The position numbers and the translations under genes are program-made. Positions 1 through 9,676 of a stretch of DNA of 64,000 bases are shown here, piece by piece. Position 1 is the first letter of the stretch; each line of letters opens with the position of its first letter. Below the pieces are notes generated by a model. That model had not been told where the DNA came from and ran no database searches. It saw only the letters and a list, made by a program, of their open reading frames with translations. The stretch comes from Shigella phage ESh15. The stretch is from the sequence record ON528725, one strand, 5' to 3'.

Positions 1-2
1 GA

Positions 3-1385
3 GGCACCTCTCTTGAAGTAATTGAGAACGCAATACCTGTTAAAGTGGTTGAGAACGAAACTTCTGATGAGTTGTTTAAAGCATTACCTACACCTGAAAA
101 GATTGATAATAAGCCAGACGAAGATTTCTTCCCAGCGCCGGTTCAAGAAAGTGCTAATTCTACTTCAGATCCTAAAGGTGGAATTAGCTTTAAATTGAGT
201 GATAAAATTGCAATGCTCACCAAAACAGTTCAAGCCGGGTTTAATAAATCAATATCAATTTCAGACAGAATTGCTGGAATGCTTTTCAAATACACTATAA
301 CGGCTGCTATTGAAGCAGCAAAAATGGCCGCACTTATTCTTGGTATTGTTATCGGTATTGATTTATTGATAGTCCATTTCAAATATTGGACAGACAAGTT
401 CACTTCTGCCTGGGATTTATTTGATGAAAACTTTACTAAATTCTCCGATGAAGCTAAAGAGTGGGGTAAATTCTTAAGTGATATATTCACTTCTATTGAC
501 TCGATAAAACAATTGTGGGAAGCTGGAGACTGGGGTGGTTTAACCGTTGCTATTGTCAAAGGTGTAGGAACAGCATTAATGAACTTAGGTGAACTAATTC
601 AATTAGGAATGGCTAAACTCTCCGCGTCTATATTGCGTGCTATAGGTTTTGGTGATACTGCGGACGAAATAGAAGGACGTGCTTTGGAAGGATTCCAAGA
701 AACTACTGGGAACAAATTAAAGAAAGAAGACCAAGAGAAAGTCGCTAAATATCAAATGAAGCGTGACGATGGGGAATTAGGAACCGTTTCTAAAGGTCTT
801 GATATGTTACAACGCGGCAAAACATTCGTTACTAACTGGGTTCGTGGTAATGACAATAAAGAAGAGTTTAGTACAAGCGATGAGCGTGCTGCGGAATCGG
901 CAAAATTAAAAGAGTTACCTGAAGAGGAACGTAAAGAGGCATACATAAAAGCGAATGAAACTCGTGCGGCACTGGTTAGATTTGAGGATTATATCGATAA
1001 AATCGATATGACTAATCCGGAAAATGCTAAAAACGTCGAGAAGTCTTATGCTGATTTAAGTAAACTTATTAAAGACCCTGAACTTAATAAAACTCCTGTT
1101 GTTAAAAAGGAAATAGATGCTAGATTTGAAAAGCTAAATAATAAAATGGCTGAAGCCAAAAAGGCTCAGACAACAGTTAAGCCTGAATCTTCGACTAAAT
1201 CTCCTGAAGCAAAACAAGTTCAGTCAATAGAGAAAGGACGTGCTTCTGAATCTAAACAACAGCAACCGGTAGCGGCGATTAGTAACACAAATAATGTCGT
1301 CAAAAAGAATACCGTAGTCCAGAATATGACCCCTGTAACAAGTACAACGGCTCCTGGAATTTTCCATGCCACCGGTGTTAATTAA
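3..1385 (+). CDS. 29: Tail tube length determinator / baseplate hub protein gp29, C-terminal part (5' end lies outside the window)
   Basis: Reading frame open to window start (track ORF begins at GTG 45); helical, low-complexity tape-measure-like sequence; sits immediately upstream of gp48 and gp54 as in T4. Confidence 0.7.
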   Translation, partial: GTSLEVIENAIPVKVVENETSDELFKALPTPEKIDNKPDEDFFPAPVQESANSTSDPKGGISFKLSDKIAMLTKTVQAGFNKSISISDRIAGMLFKYTITAAIEAAKMAALILGIVIGIDLLIVHFKYWTDKFTSAWDLFDENFTKFSDEAKEWGKFLSDIFTSIDSIKQLWEAGDWGGLTVAIVKGVGTALMNLGELIQLGMAKLSASILRAIGFGDTADEIEGRALEGFQETTGNKLKKEDQEKVAKYQMKRDDGELGTVSKGLDMLQRGKTFVTNWVRGNDNKEEFSTSDERAAESAKLKELPEEERKEAYIKANETRAALVRFEDYIDKIDMTNPENAKNVEKSYADLSKLIKDPELNKTPVVKKEIDARFEKLNNKMAEAKKAQTTVKPESSTKSPEAKQVQSIEKGRASESKQQQPVAAISNTNNVVKKNTVVQNMTPVTSTTAPGIFHATGVN

Positions 1386-1393
1386 GGATTATT

Positions 1394-2503
1394 ATGATTA
1401 GTGTAAAAGAAATAGTAGTAGATGCAAAGGATTTAAATAAAGCAATCCCAGTCTCAGAAAGTGCTGGGCAAAGCACTAAAACCGAAACAACTACTAAAAC
1501 TTATGTCGCTCAATTTCCTACAGGAAGAGCAGCCGGAAATGACTCCACAGGAGACTTCCAGGTAACAGACCTTTATAAGAATGGATTATTATTTACCGCG
1601 TACAATATGTCTGCACGCGATTCAGGATCCCTCAGGAATTTACGTCCGGCATACGCCGGGACTTCATCTAATGGTATCATATCAGATTTAACTGATAATG
1701 TGAAAGATGCAGTGACTAAATTCTCAAATGGGTTGCTTCCTGCCGGAGCTAATAAACCTACTATAAATAAAACTCCTGTTGCTAATATACTTTTGCCACG
1801 TTCCAAATCTGACGTTGATACAACTTCACATCGTTTTAATGATATCGGTGATAGCCTTATTACTAAAGGTGGAGGTACTGCTACAGGTGTTTTAAGTAAC
1901 ATTGCTTCTACTGCAGTCTTTGGTGCATTAGATTCTATTACTCAAGGGCTTATGGCTGATAATAACGAACAGATTTATACGACTTCTCGTAGTATGTATG
2001 GTGGTGCTGAGAACCGTACTAAAGTCTTTACATGGGATTTAACTCCGCGTTCAACTGAAGACCTTATGGCTATTATAAACATTTACCAGTATTTTAACTA
2101 TTTCTCATATGGTGAGACCGGTAAATCACAGTATGCCCAAGAGATTAAAAGTTATTTAGACGAATGGTACCGTTCAACGTTTATTGAGCCTATGACACCA
2201 GACGATGCAGTAAAAAATAAGACATTGTTTGAAAAGATTACTGCGTCATTAACAAACGTATTAGTTGTAAGCAACCCTACAATTTGGATGGTTAAAAACT
2301 TTGGTTATACGTCTAAATTTGATGGATTAACTGACGTATTTGGCCCATGTCAAATACAAAGCGTACGTTTTGATAAAACTCCAAATGGACAATTTAATGG
2401 TCTCGCTGTTGCTCCTAACTTACCGTCAACATTTACGTTAGAGATAACAATGCGAGAAATTATTACATTAAACCGTTCTTCACTTTATGCGGGGACTTTC
2501 TAA
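1394..2503 (+). CDS. 48: Baseplate tail tube cap protein gp48
   Basis: 369 aa (T4 gp48 about 364 aa); position between 29 and 54; same strand as late structural genes. Confidence 0.8.
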   Translation: MISVKEIVVDAKDLNKAIPVSESAGQSTKTETTTKTYVAQFPTGRAAGNDSTGDFQVTDLYKNGLLFTAYNMSARDSGSLRNLRPAYAGTSSNGIISDLTDNVKDAVTKFSNGLLPAGANKPTINKTPVANILLPRSKSDVDTTSHRFNDIGDSLITKGGGTATGVLSNIASTAVFGALDSITQGLMADNNEQIYTTSRSMYGGAENRTKVFTWDLTPRSTEDLMAIINIYQYFNYFSYGETGKSQYAQEIKSYLDEWYRSTFIEPMTPDDAVKNKTLFEKITASLTNVLVVSNPTIWMVKNFGYTSKFDGLTDVFGPCQIQSVRFDKTPNGQFNGLAVAPNLPSTFTLEITMREIITLNRSSLYAGTF

Positions 2504-3465
2504 TGTACTCTTTAGAAGAATTTAATAACCAAGCTATAAATGCAGATTTCCAACGAAACAATATGTTTAGTTGTGTATTTGCTACTACCCCATCGACCAA
2601 ATCATCTTCACTAATTTCGTCAATTGGTAGTTTTGCTTATAATAACTTAGGGTTGGATTCCGATTGGTTAGGATTAACTCAAGGTGATATCAATCAGGGC
2701 GTAACAACCCTGATTACAGCAGGAACACAGAAATTAATTCGAAAATCAGGTATAAGTAAATATCTGATTGGAGCAATGAGCCAACGTACGGTACAAAGCT
2801 TGTTAGGTGAGTTCACGGTAGGATCTTATCTGATAGATTTCTTCAATATGGCATATAATAATACAGGTTTAATGATTTATTCTGTAAAAATGCCTGAGAA
2901 CCGATTATCGTATGAAACAGATTTCAACTATAACTCCCCGAACATCCGAATTACCGGCCGTGAAATGGACCCGTTAGTAATAAGCTTTAGAATGGATTCC
3001 GAAGCATCTAACTTTAGAGCAATGCAAGACTGGGTAAACTCAGTCCAAGACCCTGTAACAGGTCTTCGCGCTTTACCACAAGACGTCGAAGCAGATATTC
3101 AGGTTAATTTACATGCACGAAATGGTTTACCACATACCGCTGTCATGTTCACTGGATGTATTCCTGTTAGTGTCTCTTCTCCTGAGTTAACGTATGATGG
3201 TGATAATCAGATAACAGTTTTTGACGTAACATTTGCTTATCGCGTTATGCAATCAGGTGCTGTAAATAGACAGGCTGCTTTAGAATGGCTGGAATCAGGA
3301 CTTATTAGTAGTGTTTCAGGAATGTTCGGAAATAATCAAAATGATTCTGGGCTAGGAAGTGCAGTATCAAGACTTTCTAGATTAGGTGGGACTGCTGGAG
3401 GTGTGTCTAATATAAACACATTGACAGGTGTGGTGAATTCTGCATCAAGAGTTTTAGGTCTATAA
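2503..3465 (+). CDS. 54: Baseplate tail tube initiator gp54
   Basis: 320 aa, same length as T4 gp54; start overlaps gp48 stop; followed by a hairpin terminator. Confidence 0.8.
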   Translation: MYSLEEFNNQAINADFQRNNMFSCVFATTPSTKSSSLISSIGSFAYNNLGLDSDWLGLTQGDINQGVTTLITAGTQKLIRKSGISKYLIGAMSQRTVQSLLGEFTVGSYLIDFFNMAYNNTGLMIYSVKMPENRLSYETDFNYNSPNIRITGREMDPLVISFRMDSEASNFRAMQDWVNSVQDPVTGLRALPQDVEADIQVNLHARNGLPHTAVMFTGCIPVSVSSPELTYDGDNQITVFDVTFAYRVMQSGAVNRQAALEWLESGLISSVSGMFGNNQNDSGLGSAVSRLSRLGGTAGGVSNINTLTGVVNSASRVLGL

Positions 3466-3469
3466 GAAA

Positions 3470-3492
3470 AAGGGAGACAACGTCTCCCTTTA
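3470..3492. terminator. Hairpin terminator between convergent gene 54 and the alt-side ORF (possibly bidirectional)
   Basis: GGGAGAC-AAC-GTCTCCC flanked by A-run upstream and T-run downstream. Confidence 0.6.
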
Positions 3493-3497
3493 GGGGT

Positions 3498-3791
3498 TTA
3501 TTTACGGAATGAAAGGAATGCTGGTGCTCGGAATGGAGTATCATCTTTAGAGTATTTAACTAATACGACCATTGGTACCTCTGTTTCTAAATGACCTGTC
3601 AGTACACCGATAAAAATTTGATCAGTGTGCTCAGGGTCACGAAAGTTTTTAAGAGGTTCCATAGCAATATGGAATGCACCCGGGAATACTCGATTCAATT
3701 CGTCAATCACAGCTTCGTTAAAAGCATCATCCGCTGGGATAGCATCTTCAACTACTAGTTCTTGACCATTAAAGCGAAGCATAGATTTCAT
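3498..3791 (-). CDS. Hypothetical small protein downstream of alt (probable start at internal Met, MKSMLRF)
   Basis: Minus-strand ORF; the longer track ORF would overlap the alt start, so the internal ATG is more likely. Confidence 0.4.
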   Translation of the reverse strand: MKSMLRFNGQELVVEDAIPADDAFNEAVIDELNRVFPGAFHIAMEPLKNFRDPEHTDQIFIGVLTGHLETEVPMVVLVKYSKDDTPFRAPAFLSFRK

Positions 3792-3849
3792 AACGTTTTC
3801 CTCATGTTGTTGATGGGATGATAGTATCACACATCCATGTGCTTGTAAA

Positions 3850-5937
3850 CTATCCTTGAACAAATTTAAACGGAACCGATTCTAAATCCATTAAAGATGC
3901 TAACAGTTTCAATCCTTTAGGTGCACTAGTTTTTTCTACAAATGAGGCAAAAGATACCGGCTCATCTGATTCGATTTCACCAGTCATAGCAACCACCTCG
4001 CCTGTTTCCATGAGAACATCACCATCGTAAATGACTGCTTCATCCAACTGGTCTGAGGACATGACTTCAGCTTGAATAAATTTAAGGTTGGATTCTAAAC
4101 CTGCACCAGTATCAGATGACGCATCTGTAATTTTATTTATCTGCAAGAGAATGCCTCTAGGCAAAATAATTTCTTGCTCATTAGGGTGATTACTCAACTG
4201 TCCTGGGTAAATCACGTTAACTTTATGAGCACCATCAATAGCCCATCCAACGTTAACACGGATTTGTTCTGGTGCATGCATAGCTGTTCTTACTTGACTA
4301 GGAGAAATAGTAACACCTTCGTCATTATTGTCAATGTTAAGCTCTTTGCGAACTTCTTCAGGAGCAAGTCCAAGGGCAACGTTCTCTTTAAACCCGCCGA
4401 AAATAATAGGAGCTAATGAAGTAGAAACATAGTTTCTGAAGTAGAATACCTTATTTTTAACCATTGCTTCGTAAATAGGCATTCTGATAGACTGAGCTCT
4501 ATATAACGTTAGTCCTTCAGGTAAACGGTCTCCATTTAAAAACGCTGAATCAAGACCATCAATAGCGCGTTTAACTTCATCTTCATCTGCAACATCATAA
4601 AAATCCGGTTTATAACGACCTAACAACATATTATTGATATCGGTATACGCAGAAGAGGCATATTCACGAATAGCTCGTTTTTCAGCAACAGAGTATTGTT
4701 TAGGGTCACGATTCATTGTTATATTAAAGGTGCCTCTAGCCGATTCTCGTGCATAAGTATACATCACATTAGACAAGAACGCCGATTTACGTTGTTTCCA
4801 AGTTTTTTCAGATACTTCAGCTAAAACGTCGTCAGCCAGTTGGAAATTATCTCGTCTAAAATCTTCAAACCATTCGTCTTTAATAGAGTCTGCAATTTCG
4901 TTTGCAGCTTCAACAAAAGCAGCTAATGCTTTAACAGATGTTGTTTTTTCGGTTTTAATTTTCTTAGCAAACTTTTCTAAAGACGGCTTAATAACACTAC
5001 CATAAGAAACTTCATCAGCAAATCTAAAGGATTCATCAATACGATTATAAATCTTATTTTCGATATCAGCAACTAAAGTGCCTTTTGCTGTGGACGATGC
5101 TTGGGCTAGTACGATTTCATATGCTTCAGGAAGTAATTCGGCTGTAGCCGGGCCACTAACTTCTTTAGCAGAATTTTCGTATTTCTGGAATAACTCGCCT
5201 TCTTGGCGGTCAGCTTCTAAAGATTGACTTGCTGCAATAGCACGACGAGAAATTTTAGTACGAGCAATAACAGGCTTATCTTTACGTTTTTCTTCTACAG
5301 CAGCAATAGAACCAGCGATAGCCGTTTCTTTGGTGACCTTTTCGCCAGTCTTTTTACTCACATAAACTTCGCCAACATCAGAATCTACTTTCGTGTACAA
5401 CTCTGTGTTAATGTTAGGGATGCCTTTAATATCTTCAATGTTGGCATTTTTACGAACCATCATCACATATGTGTGTTTACCTGTGAATTGATACATTGCA
5501 GACAGTACTTTAAAACGACCACCAGTTTTAGTAGAAACTAAACGAGCAAGAAGAGTTTGAAGCTGTTGTCCACGTCCTTTCAATTTCTTGGTAGGGAATC
5601 GGAACAAAACTGCATCCATACGAAGAGCTTTAACCTGTTCATACACTGTATTGAAAATGGTGTTGATTGCATCAATAGGAGCAGGACCAAGGCCATTTTT
5701 CAATTCAGCGAGATTACCCTTTTCAGACAGACTCATAATAACGACATGAGCGTATTTGTCGCCGAGTTTAACTTGTTTTACAGCATCGCCTTCGGAAAGG
5801 TAAGAGAATAAACGAACTACAATATTTGTATCGATATCACCAATTTTCCAGACTTGTGGAACTTTAGCTTTAGGGTTCAAATTGACGACAGGAAGACTGC
5901 CTTCAGATTCAAACACTTCATTTAATTGTTCAGACAT
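3850..5937 (-). CDS. alt: Alt ADP-ribosyltransferase (packaged, modifies host RNA polymerase)
   Basis: 695 aa (T4 Alt 682 aa); N-terminal sequence closely matches remembered T4 Alt; located between gene 54 and DNA ligase as in T4. Confidence 0.88.
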   Translation of the reverse strand: MSEQLNEVFESEGSLPVVNLNPKAKVPQVWKIGDIDTNIVVRLFSYLSEGDAVKQVKLGDKYAHVVIMSLSEKGNLAELKNGLGPAPIDAINTIFNTVYEQVKALRMDAVLFRFPTKKLKGRGQQLQTLLARLVSTKTGGRFKVLSAMYQFTGKHTYVMMVRKNANIEDIKGIPNINTELYTKVDSDVGEVYVSKKTGEKVTKETAIAGSIAAVEEKRKDKPVIARTKISRRAIAASQSLEADRQEGELFQKYENSAKEVSGPATAELLPEAYEIVLAQASSTAKGTLVADIENKIYNRIDESFRFADEVSYGSVIKPSLEKFAKKIKTEKTTSVKALAAFVEAANEIADSIKDEWFEDFRRDNFQLADDVLAEVSEKTWKQRKSAFLSNVMYTYARESARGTFNITMNRDPKQYSVAEKRAIREYASSAYTDINNMLLGRYKPDFYDVADEDEVKRAIDGLDSAFLNGDRLPEGLTLYRAQSIRMPIYEAMVKNKVFYFRNYVSTSLAPIIFGGFKENVALGLAPEEVRKELNIDNNDEGVTISPSQVRTAMHAPEQIRVNVGWAIDGAHKVNVIYPGQLSNHPNEQEIILPRGILLQINKITDASSDTGAGLESNLKFIQAEVMSSDQLDEAVIYDGDVLMETGEVVAMTGEIESDEPVSFASFVEKTSAPKGLKLLASLMDLESVPFKFVQG

Positions 5938-5977
5938 AGTGTTTTCCTTTTAGTAATAATTTATATTTATGCCAAAA

Positions 5978-5993
5978 AGAGCCCGAAGGCTCT
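5978..5993 (-). terminator. Hairpin terminator upstream of alt
   Basis: AGAGCC-CGAA-GGCTCT with U-run in the minus-strand transcript. Confidence 0.5.
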
Positions 5994-6202
5994 TAATCCA
6001 CAATCGGAAGCAAAGTACGATAAACTTCAAAATTAGGGCCTTTTTCGTACTTATCAAAATTGTCCATAAAAATATGATAGGAATCGTTATTAGGAAAATC
6101 TAATACAATTTGGGAACAAGAGGTGGAAACATCTCCACCATCCTTCTTAGCTACAATAACTGTTTCTAAATAAGCTTTCATTATAAACCTGTCTGGGACC
6201 AC
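5993..6202 (-). CDS. Hypothetical small protein between ligase and alt
   Basis: Minus-strand ORF, 69 aa in track; start uncertain. Confidence 0.35.
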   Translation of the reverse strand: MVPDRFIMKAYLETVIVAKKDGGDVSTSCSQIVLDFPNNDSYHIFMDNFDKYEKGPNFEVYRTLLPIVD

Positions 6203-7674
6203 GGTCCAAATACGTCTTCAAATGAATCCGCTTCTGTTTTATCAAAACGGAACCCTTTAATAATTGGAAGGAAAATACCTACAGTACCTTCACGGCCTTT
6301 AGAATGAACCCAACCATTACATTCACAATCAGCGATACGTCCAATTAATTTACCTTCACGAGCTTCAGTCATTAATCGTTCACGGTCTAAATCATGACGC
6401 TCGTCTAAAGGAATAAGAACCTTTACACCGTCAACTGTTTTATGAGTTGTATCTTTAAAACCTGAACCACAATCGGTTGTAATACGACGACAACGTGATA
6501 CGAGTTCGACACCACCTAATTTGTTAGGGTCCTTAGAGTGTTCATAGTATCCTACAACTTCTAAAGCGATATCAATAACTTCTTTAAATTTAATTAGGTT
6601 CTTAGAGCGTTTGTTTTCCCAATATGAATCACGGTTTTTAAGGATAATACCTTCAAGACCTTGGTCAACATATTTTTTATAAACCACTTTAGCTTCGTCA
6701 AGATTATGAACTAACTGATTTTCAATTGGCTCAATTCGTTTAAAGCCTTCAGCCATATTTTCAAGAGCAGCAAAACGAACATCATATTTCTGACCTTTAA
6801 TTTTGCCATCAGAATAGACTTCATCTAAAGGAACATAGTCCCAGGCTTGAAGAACCATACCTTCAGCTTCTTTAGGAGAAATAGTCCCTTGAAGAGATTT
6901 ATTTGCTAAACCGTTTGAAGTGCTACGGTCCGCAACTTGTACTTCTTCGGATTCTTCATTATCACCAAATAAGAACGACAGGTCATTTCCTGAGCTCACA
7001 GCCTTTTTAATATCAAATGAATGGTAAACTAATTCACCGTCGATTAAAACCCCATTAGGGTGTCTTTCACGGGCTTCTTTAGTCATTTCCATTAGTTCAT
7101 CCGCTAATAGAGTAAGACCATGGTATTCATTACCAGCACGAGAAAAGAATTGAACACCATCATCGCGAACTTCAGCGAAACAACGAGCACCATCTGCTTT
7201 TAATTGGGCAAATGCGGGCCATTTAATATTTTTAGTAATCAATTTCTCATCATATGCGGATGCTAACATCTGTGGTTGCAATTGAATAAGTCCAGGCCAT
7301 ACCTTATTCGCGATAGACACTGAAGCACCTACTTCAAGGTCGCGCATCATTACACGACGAAGGACTTCTACATCATCAGGTTTACCGTCAGCGATATAAC
7401 CCATGAGCTCTTTAATTGCTGCATTACCGGTGAGTTTACGAGTGGCCAATGTGAACTCAATAAAATCCAACATGTCATCTAATTCAAGAAGACCATACGC
7501 TTGAGACCTTTCACCTGGTCCTGGCCATTTCTTAATATAATACTGGATACCACGTGCATATGTTAAACGATACACACGTTCAAGTAATTTGTTGTCCTTA
7601 TTTTTCTTAAGGATTTCCTGTTTTGTTTTAGTAGAACCGATCGCAGCTATTTGGTTTAAAATATCTAAAATCAT
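6181..7674 (-). CDS. 30: ATP-dependent DNA ligase gp30
   Basis: 497 aa (T4 ligase 487 aa); adenylation motif KADGAR present (FAQLKADGARCFAEV). Confidence 0.95.
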   Translation of the reverse strand: MILDILNQIAAIGSTKTKQEILKKNKDNKLLERVYRLTYARGIQYYIKKWPGPGERSQAYGLLELDDMLDFIEFTLATRKLTGNAAIKELMGYIADGKPDDVEVLRRVMMRDLEVGASVSIANKVWPGLIQLQPQMLASAYDEKLITKNIKWPAFAQLKADGARCFAEVRDDGVQFFSRAGNEYHGLTLLADELMEMTKEARERHPNGVLIDGELVYHSFDIKKAVSSGNDLSFLFGDNEESEEVQVADRSTSNGLANKSLQGTISPKEAEGMVLQAWDYVPLDEVYSDGKIKGQKYDVRFAALENMAEGFKRIEPIENQLVHNLDEAKVVYKKYVDQGLEGIILKNRDSYWENKRSKNLIKFKEVIDIALEVVGYYEHSKDPNKLGGVELVSRCRRITTDCGSGFKDTTHKTVDGVKVLIPLDERHDLDRERLMTEAREGKLIGRIADCECNGWVHSKGREGTVGIFLPIIKGFRFDKTEADSFEDVFGPWSQTGL

Positions 7675-7940
7675 TTGATGTCCTCGATTTTGGTTACGGT
7701 TCTATTATAAGCCACTTCATCTAGAAGCGATTTCAGCGTTTTCTGATAAGTAGTAATCCATTTACCGAGTCCTTCAACATAGTATTCTGAAATGTAGATG
7801 AACCCTTGTTCAACACACTCTTTAAATACTTCTGCGTCTTTTACTGAACGAAACAATGGCCAGTCTCGAAAGAACATGTTAACATGACCGTAGTCACGTG
7901 TGGTGTTTTTGCCATCTGTAATATCATGAACTACAAACAT
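7671..7940 (-). CDS. Hypothetical protein (30.1-position)
   Basis: 89 aa ORF whose stop overlaps the ligase start. Confidence 0.5.
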   Translation of the reverse strand: MFVVHDITDGKNTTRDYGHVNMFFRDWPLFRSVKDAEVFKECVEQGFIYISEYYVEGLGKWITTYQKTLKSLLDEVAYNRTVTKIEDIK

Positions 7941-7949
7941 AATTAACCC

Positions 7950-8774
7950 TTAACAATTTATAGACCAAGTCCATTTAGACGAATCTAAAGGAAAGTTTTG
8001 AATCGTCCACCACGGCTGCATATCAGTTGGTCCTGGGGTTCGCCAGGTATATGGAGTACGTGTTGTCGAGGGGCCACCAATTTGATTAGGCCATGCGCCT
8101 GGACTTGTTGCACCAGATTCTTTAAGCAAATCCGCCAATCGTTTTAAAAGGTCTTCACGATCTGAATCTGAATTATTCTTAGGCAGAACCAAACGAGATT
8201 CAATATCATCCCATGTGTGTACACGTTGTGCAGTACGAGGAATATCATCACGTTCACCACGGGCCAACCAATAAATCGGTACATTAAGAATTTCCGCCGC
8301 ATGGTCACAGTGATGAGCTAAATCGTCAACATAACAAATCACGTTATATTTTGTTTTAGCTAGTTCGAATAATTGTTCTTTTGAAGAATCATGACCACAC
8401 ATCATTACTTCAGAGAAAGCGCCTGGGAACAAAGCATTCAAATTAAATTGTCTATTCAATCGGGCATCAATTGAATCACCTAGCGCCGTCACGGCTACAA
8501 AATTATAGTCTTCTTTTAGTTTATTGATAACTCGAAGAGCATCCGAATAAGGCGCTAAGTAACGAATAAAATCAGAGCGATTATATTTTTCTATTAATTG
8601 TTTACCAAGGTTATCGTCAGTATTGAACAGTTTACCAGGAGAAATAAATTTTTCGTCCTGAATCATTTTTAAAATATGTTCTAATGGAAGATTATATTTT
8701 TGGGCAAAATAAGGAAGTCCAGATTGCCAGCTTAAACATACACCATCAATATCAGTCAAAATAGTAGGCTTCAT
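7950..8774 (-). CDS. HAD-superfamily hydrolase/phosphatase-like protein with a low-complexity C-terminal extension
   Basis: N-terminal DxDG motif (MKPTILTDIDGV) typical of HAD phosphatases and 5'(3')-nucleotidases; ATG overlaps the stop of the upstream NADAR ORF (ATGA). Confidence 0.6.
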   Translation of the reverse strand: MKPTILTDIDGVCLSWQSGLPYFAQKYNLPLEHILKMIQDEKFISPGKLFNTDDNLGKQLIEKYNRSDFIRYLAPYSDALRVINKLKEDYNFVAVTALGDSIDARLNRQFNLNALFPGAFSEVMMCGHDSSKEQLFELAKTKYNVICYVDDLAHHCDHAAEILNVPIYWLARGERDDIPRTAQRVHTWDDIESRLVLPKNNSDSDREDLLKRLADLLKESGATSPGAWPNQIGGPSTTRTPYTWRTPGPTDMQPWWTIQNFPLDSSKWTWSINC

Positions 8775-9229
8775 AAAGAGTCTCTTAATAGGTTTAACAC
8801 ATCAATAAATTCAGCTTCGGTTAGTATTGTATCATCTTTTGTTAGGTGGCTAGCCATGCTGTGCTTCAAAATTTTTCCTTTAGAGGCTTGTAAGGCATCA
8901 CGAAACCCCTTATTTTGGATCGCGGCTTCAAAATATGCATTTGTGTATAATTCTTTCCACGCTTCAGAGTATCTTGAAAATGGAACTCCTAACCAGAAGA
9001 GAGTTCCACGGTCCTGAGCTCTTGCATAAGACCTTCCAGCTTGCTGTGCAGCCAATCCAGACAACCCAAATATACGTCTTTGTTGTTCAACATTTTTCAC
9101 CTTACATCCTTGGAGAAATCCTTCAAGACCTCCGAATTGAATACCATCCATAACAAAAGGCCATTGAGCAAAGTTACTTAATGCACATGACGGCCACTTG
9201 AAATTACTTCTTATTTCTAATTCAGACAT
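8771..9229 (-). CDS. NADAR-domain (YbiA/DUF1768-like) protein, putative ADP-ribose N-glycosidase
   Basis: Motif block FKWPSCALSNFAQWPFVMDGIQFGGLEGFLQGCK resembles the YbiA/NADAR signature (FSNFA..WP..VDG......E..FQ..K); track start is GTG at 9238, first ATG at 9229. Confidence 0.7.
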   Translation of the reverse strand: MSELEIRSNFKWPSCALSNFAQWPFVMDGIQFGGLEGFLQGCKVKNVEQQRRIFGLSGLAAQQAGRSYARAQDRGTLFWLGVPFSRYSEAWKELYTNAYFEAAIQNKGFRDALQASKGKILKHSMASHLTKDDTILTEAEFIDVLNLLRDSL

Positions 9230-9434
9230 CTTTAACACTTATAATTTCAACATCAGCCCAATGACCGTAACTAGGCAGACGGTCTTCAATAGATAAACCA
9301 CCGTCATTTTTAAGCATTTTAATTGTCTTGATAAACGGTTCATCCTGTGGATGAATAGGCGAGCAGTCAGTTACACGATAAGTAACTTCAATCATTTCCG
9401 TACCAAACAATTTCTGGATTAATTTATTCAACAT
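9222..9434 (-). CDS. Hypothetical small protein
   Basis: 70 aa minus-strand ORF in the 30.x block. Confidence 0.4.
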   Translation of the reverse strand: MLNKLIQKLFGTEMIEVTYRVTDCSPIHPQDEPFIKTIKMLKNDGGLSIEDRLPSYGHWADVEIISVKDV

Positions 9435-9621
9435 GTTTTAACCCTTTAATAGGAGACAGCTCTTTACCCATACGTATGTCAGAAGTCCCATCAACCCATT
9501 GAACCGCATACGCTTCATTGATAATACCTGCGCTAGTTTTAAATTCATGGAGAACTTTAAAAATCATCCCAGGGATTCCAACACCTTTTAATTGGACTGT
9601 TTGTGCTATTAAAAATTTCAT
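9424..9621 (-). CDS. Hypothetical small protein
   Basis: 65 aa minus-strand ORF; early promoter cassette immediately upstream. Confidence 0.4.
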   Translation of the reverse strand: MKFLIAQTVQLKGVGIPGMIFKVLHEFKTSAGIINEAYAVQWVDGTSDIRMGKELSPIKGLKHVE

Positions 9622-9641
9622 ATTTTTCCACTTACTAAAGA

Positions 9642-9676
9642 AATCATTATACTCTAATCCATCCTTGGATGTAAAC
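9642..9676 (-). promoter_or_regulatory. T4-type early promoter cassette (GTTTAC -35, TATAAT-like -10)
   Basis: Minus strand reads GTTTACATCCAAGGATGGATTAGAGTATAATG; upstream of ORF 9424-9621. Confidence 0.55.

Noticed and set aside
230-559. Minus-strand ORFs inside late structural genes (for example 230-559, 1573-1902, 30470-30691, 35858-36043)
   Set aside because: Antisense to long, well-supported late genes (29, 48, 34, 37); no promoter or RBS context.
5938-5970. Late promoter upstream of alt
   Set aside because: Only a near-match (ATAAATATAAAT on the minus strand), not an exact TATAAATA; left uncalled.
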